From NCBI RefSeq assembly GCF_013149785.1, contig NZ_JABEZU010000002.1, positions 186,001-250,000 of the forward strand: a stretch of 64,000 bases of DNA, read 5' to 3'. The DNA comes from Isoptericola halotolerans (GTDB lineage: Bacteria; Actinomycetota; Actinomycetes; Actinomycetales; Cellulomonadaceae). Below the pieces are notes generated by a model. It saw only the letters and a list, made by a program, of their open reading frames with translations, was not told where the DNA came from and searched no databases. The translations under genes and the position numbers were made by a program. Position 1 is the stretch's first letter, and each line of letters begins with the position of its first letter. Shown in pieces: positions 8,791 through 18,452 of the stretch.

Positions 8791-9411
8791 ATGGGCGACG
8801 AGCAGCGGTTCCGCGGCCAGATCCTGGGGTGCGGCACGACCTCCGGCACGCGGGTGGTGGTGGGGCATTGGAGGGAGTCACCGTTCGGTGCGTTCGCCGA
8901 TGCGATGGTCGAGGACGCCACAGGGCACCGTGTGCTGGTGGCGCCGCCGCAGGTGGCGGGCTTCGTCGCGACGACGTACCGGTTCGACGACGTCGTGGAG
9001 ACGGCGGTGACCGTGCGCGTGGAGGGGCCTCGTGCCGGCCGGGGAGTAGGCCACGTCGTGGTGGAGGCCGGTCCGCTCCGGCTGCGTGCCGCCGTCGGTC
9101 GGCGCACGGCTCTGGGCCGGGTGCTGCGTCTGGTGCCGCCGCGGCTCGCCGCCGCGCCGCAGTTCGCGCTCCTCAGCGACCCGGTGGCACGGGTGCTGCT
9201 GCGCGGTGTGCGGACCCGGGGCAGCGCCGGCAACGGGCGGCACGAGACCTACGGGGCCACGGACATGCATGCCCTCTCGGCGCTGCGGGCGAGCTGGGAC
9301 GGGGGCGACCTGGGGGAGCTGGCGGACGTCGACCCGCCGGTGCGCTTCGGGTTCGGGTCGACGCCGCGCCAGCCGTCCCTGACGCAGGTGGTCACCACCG
9401 TCCGGGGGTGA
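8791..9411 (+). CDS. Hypothetical protein
   Basis: GGAGG immediately upstream. [22 protein letters not shown]...[10 protein letters not shown] looks like a conserved family. Confidence 0.7.
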   Translation: MGDEQRFRGQILGCGTTSGTRVVVGHWRESPFGAFADAMVEDATGHRVLVAPPQVAGFVATTYRFDDVVETAVTVRVEGPRAGRGVGHVVVEAGPLRLRAAVGRRTALGRVLRLVPPRLAAAPQFALLSDPVARVLLRGVRTRGSAGNGRHETYGATDMHALSALRASWDGGDLGELADVDPPVRFGFGSTPRQPSLTQVVTTVRG

Positions 9412-9428
9412 GCCCGGAGGCCCCGCAC

Positions 9429-9455
9429 CCATCCGTGCGGGCCGCTGCTCCGAAC
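9429..9455 (+). promoter_or_regulatory. SigK-type promoter upstream of dipZ
   Basis: CCATCC-N15-CCGAAC, with the ATG 7 nt later (leaderless). Confidence 0.8.
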
Positions 9456-9462
9456 CTGCGGC

Positions 9463-11460
9463 ATGGAGACCTTGATCATCATCGGCCTGCTCGGCGGCCT
9501 CATCACCGGGATCTCACCGTGCATCCTGCCGATGCTGCCGGTGATCTTCTTCGCCGGGGGCGTCGAGGGTGCACGGGACCGCGGCACGGGCAAGGACGCG
9601 GACGACGGCGGCCCGGACGCCGCGCAGGACGCTGAGGCGGACGCTCGGGGCGGCGAGAGCGAGGGCGTCAGTCCGGCGCTGTTCGCGGGCGCCCCGTCGG
9701 CGGTGCAGATCGGCCGCTCCGGTCAGGTCACCAGCGGCCCGCCGACCGGCCGTGCCGGCACGGTGACGCTGCCGCTCTCGGTGGACGAGCCGCCCTCGTC
9801 CTCGCGGCGTGGTCGTGCGTCGGGAGGAGGCGGCCGCAGCACGGGCCGGCCGGGCCGGTCGTGGCGCCCGTACCTGGTGATCGCGGGCCTGGTGCTGAGC
9901 TTCAGCGTCTTCACGCTGCTCGGCTCGCTGCTGCTCACCGCCCTCGGTCTGCCGCAGGACCTGCTGCGCTGGCTCGGGATCACGCTGCTCACCGCGATCG
10001 GTGTGGGCATGATCGTGCCCCGCTTCGAGGAGGTCCTGGAACGACCGTTCCAGCGCATCGCCGCCTTCGGTTCGCGCAAGGGGGCGGCCCGCCAGGACCG
10101 GGGGGCGTTCCTGCTGGGGCTGGGCCTGGGCGTGCTGTACGTGCCGTGCGCCGGGCCGGTGCTGGCGGCCATCACGGTGGCGGGCGCGACGGGGAACATC
10201 GGGCCGGGCACGGTCGCCCTGACCGTGAGCTTCGCCGTCGGCGCCGCGATCCCGCTCCTGGTGTTCGCGCTGGCCGGCCGTCGCGTCGCCGAGCGGGTCC
10301 GCGGGTTCCAGCGCCACCAGCGGGGGATCCGCGTCACGGGCGGCGTCGTGATGATCGTCCTCGCCGTGGGGCTCGCCTACGACGTGCCGGCCCAGATCCA
10401 GCGGGCGCTGCCGGACTACACCGGCGCCCTGCAGCAGCAGGTCGACCAGAACGAGTCGGTCCAGGAGGCCCTGGAGCTCGGCGGCATCGTCACCGACGTC
10501 AACCGGGAGCTGTCGAACTGCACCACCGGGTCGCCCGAGCTGGCGGAGTGCGGCACCGCCCCGCCGCTGACGGGCATCACCCAGTGGCTGAACACCCCCG
10601 GGGACCAGCCCGTCGAGCTGGAGGACCTGCGCGGCAAGGTGGTGCTCATCGACTTCTGGACGTACTCGTGCATCAACTGCCAGCGCGCCATCCCGCACAT
10701 CGCCGACTGGTACGAGAAGTATCAGGACGCCGGGCTGGAGGTGATCGGGGTGCACACCCCCGAGTTCGCGTTCGAGCGCGAGACCCGCAACGTGGTCGCG
10801 GGCGCGGAGGACCTGGGCGTGGTGTACCCGATCGCGCAGGACAACTCCTACTCGACGTGGACGACCTACCGGAACCGGTACTGGCCGGCGGAGTACCTCA
10901 TCGACGCGGACGGCACCGTGCGCTACCTGAAGTTCGGTGAGGGGGACTACGACGTCACCGAGCAGCACATCCGTGACCTGCTGCAGGCGGCAGACCCGGA
11001 CGTCGAGCTGCCGCCGCCCTCCGAGGTGCTCGACACGACCCCGGAGGACGAGACGACGCCCGAGACGTACCTGGCGCTGAACAAGGTGTTCAACTACGCG
11101 GGCCCGACGCCGTACGGCAGCGGCGAGGCGGAGTTCGAGCCGGCGCAGGAGCAGCTTCAGGACACCTTCTCGCTGGACGGCACGTGGGAGCTCGACTTCC
11201 AGGGTGCGACGGCGGTGTCCGACCACGCCACGTTGCGCCTGGCCTACCAGGCGACCGACGTGTTCACGGTGCTCGGCGGCGAGGGCACCGTCACCGCCCG
11301 GGTGGTCGCGCCCGACGGGACGGTGCGCTCCGAGGAGGAGATCGCCGTCGGCGGCAACCCGACGCTGTACGAGGTGGTGCGGGGCGACGGCCCGAGCGAG
11401 GGCCTCGTCGAGCTCGACGTCCCCGCCGGGGTGTCGGTGTACACGTTCACCTTCGGGTGA
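9463..11460 (+). CDS. dipZ: DipZ: CcdA/DsbD membrane domain plus thioredoxin (TlpA-like) domain
   Basis: ISPCILP, YVPCAGP, DFWTYSCINC, GVHTPEFAFE, C-terminal YTFTFG. Confidence 0.9.
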   Translation: METLIIIGLLGGLITGISPCILPMLPVIFFAGGVEGARDRGTGKDADDGGPDAAQDAEADARGGESEGVSPALFAGAPSAVQIGRSGQVTSGPPTGRAGTVTLPLSVDEPPSSSRRGRASGGGGRSTGRPGRSWRPYLVIAGLVLSFSVFTLLGSLLLTALGLPQDLLRWLGITLLTAIGVGMIVPRFEEVLERPFQRIAAFGSRKGAARQDRGAFLLGLGLGVLYVPCAGPVLAAITVAGATGNIGPGTVALTVSFAVGAAIPLLVFALAGRRVAERVRGFQRHQRGIRVTGGVVMIVLAVGLAYDVPAQIQRALPDYTGALQQQVDQNESVQEALELGGIVTDVNRELSNCTTGSPELAECGTAPPLTGITQWLNTPGDQPVELEDLRGKVVLIDFWTYSCINCQRAIPHIADWYEKYQDAGLEVIGVHTPEFAFERETRNVVAGAEDLGVVYPIAQDNSYSTWTTYRNRYWPAEYLIDADGTVRYLKFGEGDYDVTEQHIRDLLQAADPDVELPPPSEVLDTTPEDETTPETYLALNKVFNYAGPTPYGSGEAEFEPAQEQLQDTFSLDGTWELDFQGATAVSDHATLRLAYQATDVFTVLGGEGTVTARVVAPDGTVRSEEEIAVGGNPTLYEVVRGDGPSEGLVELDVPAGVSVYTFTFG

Positions 11461-11463
11461 CCG

Positions 11464-12846
11464 CTACCAGGACCAGCCGTCCACGGCCTGCGCCCACGGT
11501 CCCTGCCGCACCTCGGCGCCGTCGAGCACGTCCAGCGTGACGGGCTCGCCGTCCGACGGTCCTGCCAGGTCCGGCGCGCGCGGCACGAGGGCCACGGGAT
11601 CGGCGCCGGGGACGGCGACGATCTCGACCTCCGTGGTGACCTCCGGGTCGTTCGTCGTGGACATGGCCCGCCAGGCCAGCGTGGCGAGCACCTGCTCGCC
11701 GGCGGGGACGACCACCCGCTCCGCGACCAACCCGGGGGAGTGCGGCACGATCGTCACGTCCCGCTGCGCCCGCCCGTCCGCGTCGCGGAAGACGACGTGG
11801 GGGAAGCCGTCGACGGCGCACGGCTCGCCGGACACGTTGCGCGCGTGCACCGCCAGGTAGCGCGCGCCCGTGGCGGCGTCGGGGGTGCCGAGCGAGAGCT
11901 CGAGGTCGGCACCGGTGCACTCGGCCGCGGCGTCGTCGGTGGGCCAGGCCTCCGTGCCCTCGGGCATCCGGACGGGGTGCGGTTCCGGCTCGGGCGGTGC
12001 GAACCCGCCGACCCAGCCCTCGGCGAGAGTGTCGTAGCCGGGCGAGAGGAGTGTGTAGGGCACGGGTTCATCGCCCGCCACCGTACGGGCCCGGAGCCAG
12101 TCGACGAGGGCGGCGGTCGTGCTCGCCGTGTCGTCCGCGAGGTACACGCTCAGGCCCCTCTGACCCGTGGAGAACGCCGACTCGACGCGATCTTGCTCCG
12201 CAGCCTCGACGGCGAGGCGGACCAGCGCGACGTCGACGACGACGGGGATGCCCGGCTCATAGCGGACCGTGCCGTCGAGCGTGGCGAGCCCGGCCACGAA
12301 GCCGCGCCGCTCCGCGAAGTCGGCCAGTGCGAGGAGCTCGTCAGGGGTGCTCGTCTCCGCGGAGTGGGCGGAGGCACGAGCGGCACCCGCCTGCCACAGC
12401 TCGTACGCCTTGGTGACGCCGGTGTCGAGGTCGGTACTGCCGAGGGTGTGCACGCTCAGCGGATAGGTGGCCACGGAGCCGCTCTCGTCCGGTGTGCCGG
12501 CCACGATCGATATCGACCAGGTCAGGTCGACACCGGGGACCGGGGCCGCGGTGAACAGCGCTGACACCTGGCCGGCCGCATCTCCGGCGGCCTGCGGAGT
12601 CAGGTCCTCCTCGAGCCGGACCTCGAGCCGGGCCACGGCGGTGTCGCCGTCCTTGGCGTCATGGTGGAGCACGTCGTAGCCGACCTCGGCGCTGACGACG
12701 CCAGGTACGGACTCGATCGGGCCGACGGCGTCCCGCAGGGCGTCCGGCACGGTGTCCCACGGGCGCCACACGCCGAGCATGACGCCTGCACCGACCCCGG
12801 CGACGACCAGCGCCAGCACCCACCCGAGGACGACGCGACGTGACAT
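11464..12846 (-). CDS. Membrane-anchored DUF4232-like protein
   Basis: N-terminal TM segment. C-terminal CTGADLEL...DAATGAR...NVSGEPCAVDGFP domain. Confidence 0.65.
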   Translation of the reverse strand: MSRRVVLGWVLALVVAGVGAGVMLGVWRPWDTVPDALRDAVGPIESVPGVVSAEVGYDVLHHDAKDGDTAVARLEVRLEEDLTPQAAGDAAGQVSALFTAAPVPGVDLTWSISIVAGTPDESGSVATYPLSVHTLGSTDLDTGVTKAYELWQAGAARASAHSAETSTPDELLALADFAERRGFVAGLATLDGTVRYEPGIPVVVDVALVRLAVEAAEQDRVESAFSTGQRGLSVYLADDTASTTAALVDWLRARTVAGDEPVPYTLLSPGYDTLAEGWVGGFAPPEPEPHPVRMPEGTEAWPTDDAAAECTGADLELSLGTPDAATGARYLAVHARNVSGEPCAVDGFPHVVFRDADGRAQRDVTIVPHSPGLVAERVVVPAGEQVLATLAWRAMSTTNDPEVTTEVEIVAVPGADPVALVPRAPDLAGPSDGEPVTLDVLDGAEVRQGPWAQAVDGWSW

Positions 12847-12898
12847 GTGCCGATCGTGCCAGAGCGGGGCTCACCTCTCGGAAAGCGTCCGGTCCGGC

Positions 12899-14095
12899 TC
12901 AGACGAACGCGTCCAGCGCGGCGCGGTCCACGGGCCCCTCGGCGCGGATCAGGTCCTCGACGTCGTCCATGCGGTCCCAGACGTTGATCCCCATCCCCGC
13001 CTGGACGCGGTCGCCGTCCACCCAGAACGCGACGCACTCGCGGTCCGCGGCCGAGCCGCTGATCACCACCTCGCCGCTCGTGACGCCCTTGACCTCCATG
13101 CCCAGGTCGAACTGGTCGGTGAAGAAGTAGGGCAGGACGTCGTAGGGCTCCGCGGATCCGAGCATCGCGCGGGCGGCGTGCTTGCCGGTCTCGTCGGCGA
13201 ACGCCCAGTGCTCCACCCGCAGGGCTCGGCCGTAGCGCACCGAGGGCACCGAGGCGATGTCGCCGGCCGCCCACACGCCGGGCGCGGAGGTCCGCAGCGT
13301 CCCGTCCACGGCGACCCCGTCGCCGTCGGCCGCGGAGCGCAGCTCGATGCCGGCCTCCGCGGCGAGGTCGCACCGCGGGGTCACGCCGACACCGACGACG
13401 ACGGTGCTCGCCTCGAGCGTGGTGCCGTCGTCGAGCTCGACGCCGGAGACGCTGCCGGTACCGGTCAGGGCGGTGACCGCCGTCGCGCGGAGCAGCCGGA
13501 CACCGTTCTCCTCGTGGAGGTTCGTGAAGATCTCGCTCACGCGCGCTCCGAGCCCGTGCAGAGGGTGGGGCGATCTGCCGACGACGGTCACGTCGCGGCC
13601 GAGCTGCCGGGCCGACGCCGCGACCTCCATCCCGATCCAGCCGTCCCCGACGACGACGAGCGGCCCGTCGTCACCCAGTGCGGTCCGCAGACGGTCGGCG
13701 TCGTCGATCGTGCGCAGGTGGTGCACACCGTCCAGGTCGTTGCCGGGGACGTCGAGCCGGCGGACCTGCGAGCCGGTGGCCAGCAGCAGGCGTGAGTAGC
13801 GCAGCGACCCGCCGGGTGCCGTCTCGATGGCCGAACCGGCCACGTCCAGGCCGACCGCCGTCGTCGACGTCCGCAGGTCGACGCCGCGGTCGGCGTACCA
13901 GTCGGCGTCGTGAGGGAACAGGGCGTCGGTGCCGGCCTCGCCGCGCAGGTAGTCCTTGGACAGGGGCGGGCGCTCGTACGGTGGGAAGGCCTCGGCGGTG
14001 AGGACGACGAGGTCGCCGTCGTATCCCTGGTCGCGCAGCGTCTGGGTGGCGCGCGCGGCGGCGAGACCGCCCCCGACGACGACGATCGGCTCCAT
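12899..14095 (-). CDS. NAD(P)/FAD-dependent oxidoreductase (ferredoxin reductase type)
   Basis: GGGLAA, PYERPPLSK, LLATG, GDGWIGME, WAAGD, PYFFTDQ. AGGAGG RBS. Confidence 0.88.
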   Translation of the reverse strand: MEPIVVVGGGLAAARATQTLRDQGYDGDLVVLTAEAFPPYERPPLSKDYLRGEAGTDALFPHDADWYADRGVDLRTSTTAVGLDVAGSAIETAPGGSLRYSRLLLATGSQVRRLDVPGNDLDGVHHLRTIDDADRLRTALGDDGPLVVVGDGWIGMEVAASARQLGRDVTVVGRSPHPLHGLGARVSEIFTNLHEENGVRLLRATAVTALTGTGSVSGVELDDGTTLEASTVVVGVGVTPRCDLAAEAGIELRSAADGDGVAVDGTLRTSAPGVWAAGDIASVPSVRYGRALRVEHWAFADETGKHAARAMLGSAEPYDVLPYFFTDQFDLGMEVKGVTSGEVVISGSAADRECVAFWVDGDRVQAGMGINVWDRMDDVEDLIRAEGPVDRAALDAFV

Positions 14096-14109
14096 CGTTC
14101 CTCCTGGTG

Positions 14110-14125
14110 TGTGACCTGAGGCACA
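14110..14125. promoter_or_regulatory. Putative CRP binding site
   Basis: TGTGA-cctgag-GCACA, a 9/10 match to TGTGA-N6-TCACA, in a divergent intergenic region. Confidence 0.5.
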
Positions 14126-14128
14126 GCC

Positions 14129-14155
14129 TGTCACGTCGAGCCGTGCTGCGCTGTC
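14129..14155 (+). promoter_or_regulatory. Putative ECF41/SigJ-type promoter
   Basis: TGTCACG-N16-TGTC versus the ECF41 consensus TGTCACA-N16-CGTC. Confidence 0.5.
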
Positions 14156-14197
14156 GTGAGGGTGTCAGGAGTCGACCGCAGCAGGAGGAGGGGCATC

Positions 14198-14944
14198 ATG
14201 AGGATCGCAGTCGCCGGTGGGACCGGAGTCGTCGGACGTCACGTCGTGGACGCGCTGGACCGGGCCGGGCACGAGGTGGCGGTGCTGACCCGTGGCCGGG
14301 GCGTGGACGTGGCGACCGGGGACGGCCTGGACGCCGCGCTCGACGGCGTGGAGGCCGTCGTCGACACGCTGAACCTGATGAACCTCAGGGAGAAGGCGGT
14401 CACGGAGTTCTTCACCACCACCTCGCGCCACCTGCTGGAGGCCGGCCGCCGGGCCGGCGTCGGGCACCACGTGCTGCTCTCGATCGTGGGCGTCGACCGG
14501 GCGCCGGGGTACGGGTACTACCGGGCCAAGCTGGCCCAGGAGGCGGTGGTGCGGTCCGGGGACGTGCCGTGGTCGGTGGTGCGGGCCACGCAGTTCCACG
14601 AGTTCCCCGGGCAGGTGCTGGGGGCGATCCCCGGGCCGGTGGGGATCGTGCCGCGGATGCGGTGCCGGCCCGTGGCGGCCGCCGAGGTCGGTGACTACCT
14701 GGCGGAGGTCGCGGCCGGACCTGCGATGGGGTGGGCGCCGGAGATCGCCGGGCCGCGCGAGGAGCAGCTGGTCGACATGGCGCACCGTCTGCTGCGCGCG
14801 CAGGGCCGACGGCGGTGGGTGCTGCCCGTCGACTTCCCCGGGACCGGCAGGGACTTCCGGGGTGGGGCGATGCTGCCCGACGGCGAGGCTCGGTGCGGGG
14901 TGGTGACCTTCGACGAGTGGTTGGCGGACGTCACGGTCCCGTGA
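14198..14944 (+). CDS. NAD(P)H-binding SDR/NmrA-like oxidoreductase
   Basis: MRIAVAGGTGVVG, YYRAK, RATQFHEF. AGGAGGAGG RBS. Confidence 0.85.
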   Translation: MRIAVAGGTGVVGRHVVDALDRAGHEVAVLTRGRGVDVATGDGLDAALDGVEAVVDTLNLMNLREKAVTEFFTTTSRHLLEAGRRAGVGHHVLLSIVGVDRAPGYGYYRAKLAQEAVVRSGDVPWSVVRATQFHEFPGQVLGAIPGPVGIVPRMRCRPVAAAEVGDYLAEVAAGPAMGWAPEIAGPREEQLVDMAHRLLRAQGRRRWVLPVDFPGTGRDFRGGAMLPDGEARCGVVTFDEWLADVTVP

Positions 14945-15034
14945 CCGCTCGCGGGTCTCGACGTGGTGCTGCCCCGGATCCGAGCCCTCGACGAGCAGGC
15001 GCTGAGAGCGCTGACGGTGTCTCGTCGTGCCGGG

Positions 15035-15667
15035 TCACGGGTGATCACCCCGTTCCTCGATTCCCTCGAGGAGTGACGTCGAGTCGGCGTCCTTCTGGCG
15101 CGTGGTCGTCGCCAGGCCGCCCACGAGGACGACCGCACCGGAGAGCAGCAGGTAGAGCGCCAGGAGCAGGGCGACGACGGTCATGTCGTCGGTGGGCCGG
15201 GCGAGCATGACCGCGCCGAGCACCAGCCAGAGCGCTGCGTTCACCAGCTGCCAGTCCCAGGCGATCGTGCGTGCCGCGCGGCCTCGGAGGCCGCCGATCA
15301 GGGCCATCACACCGGCGACGCACGCCCAGACACCGACCACGAGGAAGAGCAGCGGCGCCGTCATCGACGGCCAGACGACGACCGCCACACCGGCCACGAC
15401 GCTGACGATCCCCGCGACGAGCCGCGCGTTGAGGTCCTCGCCGGCCGTGCCGCCCTGGGCGCGCCGGTTCTCGATCACCAGCAGCGCGCCCTGGACGGCG
15501 ATCGCGAGCCCCACCAGCCAGCGCAACCACGTCAGGCCGTCGTCGGGACTCACGAAGAGGACGACGCCGGCGACGACGGACACCGCGCCCCGCAGGTAGA
15601 CGAGGCCCCACAGCCGCCGTGCGGTGCCGACGGTGCGGTGGGACATCGGTGCGTTCGCCTCTGACAT
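15035..15667 (-). CDS. HdeD/DUF308 family membrane protein
   Basis: LRGAVSVVAGVVLFVSP and six hydrophobic helices in two repeats. Confidence 0.7.
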   Translation of the reverse strand: MSEANAPMSHRTVGTARRLWGLVYLRGAVSVVAGVVLFVSPDDGLTWLRWLVGLAIAVQGALLVIENRRAQGGTAGEDLNARLVAGIVSVVAGVAVVVWPSMTAPLLFLVVGVWACVAGVMALIGGLRGRAARTIAWDWQLVNAALWLVLGAVMLARPTDDMTVVALLLALYLLLSGAVVLVGGLATTTRQKDADSTSLLEGIEERGDHP

Positions 15668-15736
15668 CGCTGGTCCCCTCGTCGCGCGGCTCCCTGCTGC
15701 GATGCTACGAGCGTTGCCGCCGGAGCGCGCCCGGGG

Positions 15737-16750
15737 TCAGTCGAACAGGTCGGCCGTGGCGCCGATGACCGGCCACGCCCCCTCGGAGGTGTTGCCGAGC
15801 ACGCTGACCGTCGTCGACGTCGCCGCGTCGTGCGTGGTCCGGAACGAGACGCCCGCGTCGTAGCCCTCGAGGACGACGGCGGGCCCGGTCGCGTGGAGCC
15901 AGAAACCCATCCCGTAGCGCAGCCCCTCGGACGGGACGTCGTGACGAGGTCGGATCATGGCCTCCAGGGTCGGCTGCTCGACGATCCGACCGGCGAACAG
16001 GGCGAGCCAGAACCGGTGCAGGTCTTCGGCGGTCGTGAATGCGCCGCCGTCGCCGTTGCCCAGGACCGGCAGGTGCAGCACGTTGGTCCGGTCACCCGTC
16101 TCCTCCAGGTAGCCGAGCGCGGCGTCACCGGGCAGCTCGTCGGAGCGCAGGTAGCGGGTCTGATCCAGGCCGGCACGGTCGCACACCTCCCGGTGGACCA
16201 GGTCGTGGAAGGTCTGCCCGGAGACTCGTTCCGCGACCAGCGCCAGCACGACGTAGCCACCGTTGTTGTAGGCGAACACCTCGCCCGGCGGCGTCGTCTG
16301 CGGGAACCCGTCGAGCTCGGGCAGGAACGCCTCCGCGGTGAGGAGCGTGTGCACCGGCCGGCGCAGGATGTAGTCGGTGATCTCGCCGCCCGCCTCCTCG
16401 TCGAGGTAGTCCCCGATGCCCGAGGTGTGGGTCAGGAGGTGCTCCACCGTCACCGCGTCGTCGATCAGGGGAAGGTCCGAACCCAGCACGTCGCGCACGG
16501 GTGTGGTCAGCCGGAGCGCGCCGTCCTCCACGAGGCGCATGACCGTGAGAGCGGTGAACCCCTTGCTGCCGCTGGCGACGGCGAACCGGTGCGCGACGGT
16601 GTTCGGCACCTCCAGCGCGCGGTGCGCATGTCCGAAGGCACGCTCAAGGATCCGCTCGTCGCCGACGTCCACCGTGACGACGCCGGAGAAGGTCGCCTCG
16701 ACGGCGGCCTCGGTGACGGCAGGGTCGAGCTGCTCCACGTCGATGTGCAT
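15737..16750 (-). CDS. Serine hydrolase (beta-lactamase class C-like)
   Basis: SGSK (SxxK), LLTHTSG, YNN (YxN). Confidence 0.85.
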   Translation of the reverse strand: MHIDVEQLDPAVTEAAVEATFSGVVTVDVGDERILERAFGHAHRALEVPNTVAHRFAVASGSKGFTALTVMRLVEDGALRLTTPVRDVLGSDLPLIDDAVTVEHLLTHTSGIGDYLDEEAGGEITDYILRRPVHTLLTAEAFLPELDGFPQTTPPGEVFAYNNGGYVVLALVAERVSGQTFHDLVHREVCDRAGLDQTRYLRSDELPGDAALGYLEETGDRTNVLHLPVLGNGDGGAFTTAEDLHRFWLALFAGRIVEQPTLEAMIRPRHDVPSEGLRYGMGFWLHATGPAVVLEGYDAGVSFRTTHDAATSTTVSVLGNTSEGAWPVIGATADLFD

Positions 16751-16800
16751 GCCTCGACGGTAGGCGGGTGTCGGGGCGCGGTCCAGCGGTTTTCCGGCGT

Positions 16801-17703
16801 TCACGGTGCGAACCGCTCGAGCTTGTCGGGGTTGATCTGGACGAACACCTGCTCCACGCCGGCTCCGGTCACCTCGAGGAGCACGAGCGCGCGGGACGTT
16901 CCTTCCTGCAGCAGCATCGCGGGCAGCCCGTTCGCCTCGACCAGACGCGCCTCGACCTCGGCGCCGGACCAGTACTTGCGCGCGATCTTCGCGAAGAACG
17001 ACGACACCCGCGCCGGTCCCGCGAGCTCGATGCGGGCCGCGTGCACGCGGCCGCCCCCGTCCGTGCGCGCGACGACACCGTCGACGAGGAACTGCTCGAA
17101 GCGGGCCAGGTCCCCGTCGCGGGCCGCGCTGACGAACTCCCCGAGCAGGCGGCGGTGCTCCTGCGGGTCCACCCTGGCCGCCTCGCGACGACCGAGGCGG
17201 TCACGCGAGCGGTGCGCGAGCTGGCGCGTGTTCGCTTCCGTGAGATCCAGGATCTCCGCGACCTGCCGGTAGGGATAGCCGAAGGCCTCGCGCAGCACGT
17301 AGACGGCCCGCTCGGTGGGGGTCAACCGCTCGAGCAGGACGAGCACGGCGAGCTCGAGCGCCTCCGCCCGCTCGGCGCCGAGGGCTGGGTCCGCGCTCGT
17401 GTCGACAGGCTCCGGCAGCCACGGCCCGACGTAGGTCTCACGGCGGGCATACGCCGACGTCGCCGCGTTGATCGCGAGGCGGGTGACGACAGTGGTCAGG
17501 AAGGCCGCGGGGTTCTCGACGACACTCCGGTCGGTGCCCTGCCACCGGATCCACGCCTCCTGCAGGACGTCGTCCGCGTCGGTGACGCTGCCCAGCATGC
17601 GGTACGCGATACCGAACAGCTGCGGCCGGGCGGTCAGGAAGGCGTCGAGCGCTTCGGAGGTCTCGCCACCGGTGCCCTCCGGCAGGTCTCGGGGCGGCGT
17701 CAT
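16801..17703 (-). CDS. sigJ: ECF41/SigJ-family sigma factor with SnoaL-like C-terminal extension
   Basis: AYRMLGS, YVGPWLPEP, DGGG and NPDKL signature motifs. Confidence 0.88.
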   Translation of the reverse strand: MTPPRDLPEGTGGETSEALDAFLTARPQLFGIAYRMLGSVTDADDVLQEAWIRWQGTDRSVVENPAAFLTTVVTRLAINAATSAYARRETYVGPWLPEPVDTSADPALGAERAEALELAVLVLLERLTPTERAVYVLREAFGYPYRQVAEILDLTEANTRQLAHRSRDRLGRREAARVDPQEHRRLLGEFVSAARDGDLARFEQFLVDGVVARTDGGGRVHAARIELAGPARVSSFFAKIARKYWSGAEVEARLVEANGLPAMLLQEGTSRALVLLEVTGAGVEQVFVQINPDKLERFAP

Positions 17704-17751
17704 GGGGTCACGGTACGACAGGCGGCTATCGCGCCAGCCCGCCCTGGGGAT

Positions 17752-17803
17752 GACGAAAGGCCCTCTGACTTCAGCGTTTCCGCTGGTCAGAGGGCCTTTC
17801 GTC
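17752..17803 (-). terminator. Long hairpin downstream of the displaced tRNA 3' fragment
   Basis: 18 bp perfect inverted repeat GACGAAAGGCCCTCTGAC / GTCAGAGGGCCTTTCGTC around CAGCGTTTCCGCTG. Confidence 0.75.
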
Positions 17804-17849
<46 letters not shown>

Positions 17850-18452
17850 GCTCGCGCAGCACGCAGGCGACTTCGAGGGCGGCGAGCTCCTGTGTTGAAG
17901 CGTCGATGGAAGTCCGTCGACGTCGGTAGAGCAGTGAGCAGGTTGGCACTCCCTTTGGGACTCAGCGCGCCGGGCAGGTGACGGTGGGGACACTCGGAGG
18001 CGCTGGACCCATAGCGGAGCACGAGAGCCTTCCGGAGGCCGGGCCAGGGGTGACCGTAGGTCATCGCGTGCGACGCCGGAGGCGCCCTTGACGCGGGGTG
18101 GAGACGGCTGGATGCTCAGCGGTCGGTCCGGTGCCGGATGGTGAGGCGGCTTCGAGAACTCTCGGGGCTGTCTTTCGTCATGTCGGGGGAGGCCGACCCG
18201 CGCGGCGGAGCCGCGCGCTTGAGTCAGTAAAGAAAGTTATCACGACGCCCGACGCAGGGTACCGACGCGGGGCATCGATCCAGTAGTAGATGTACTGGCC
18301 CGTGACATCATTCACCCGGTCGATGGGGCGAAGCCGACGACGCCGGCACGGTGACGTTCCCGCCGGCATGGTCATGAATCTGGCACAGGTGACGTGTAGC
18401 CGGAGAAACCGCGTGGGTGGCCTGTCTTCGTGGAGATGGGGGGCTTCGTCGG

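Noticed and set aside
18178..18375. 65 aa ORF in the island (…GQYIYYWIDAP…)
   Set aside because: No RBS, no motif and atypical codons. Cannot distinguish a gene fragment from noise.
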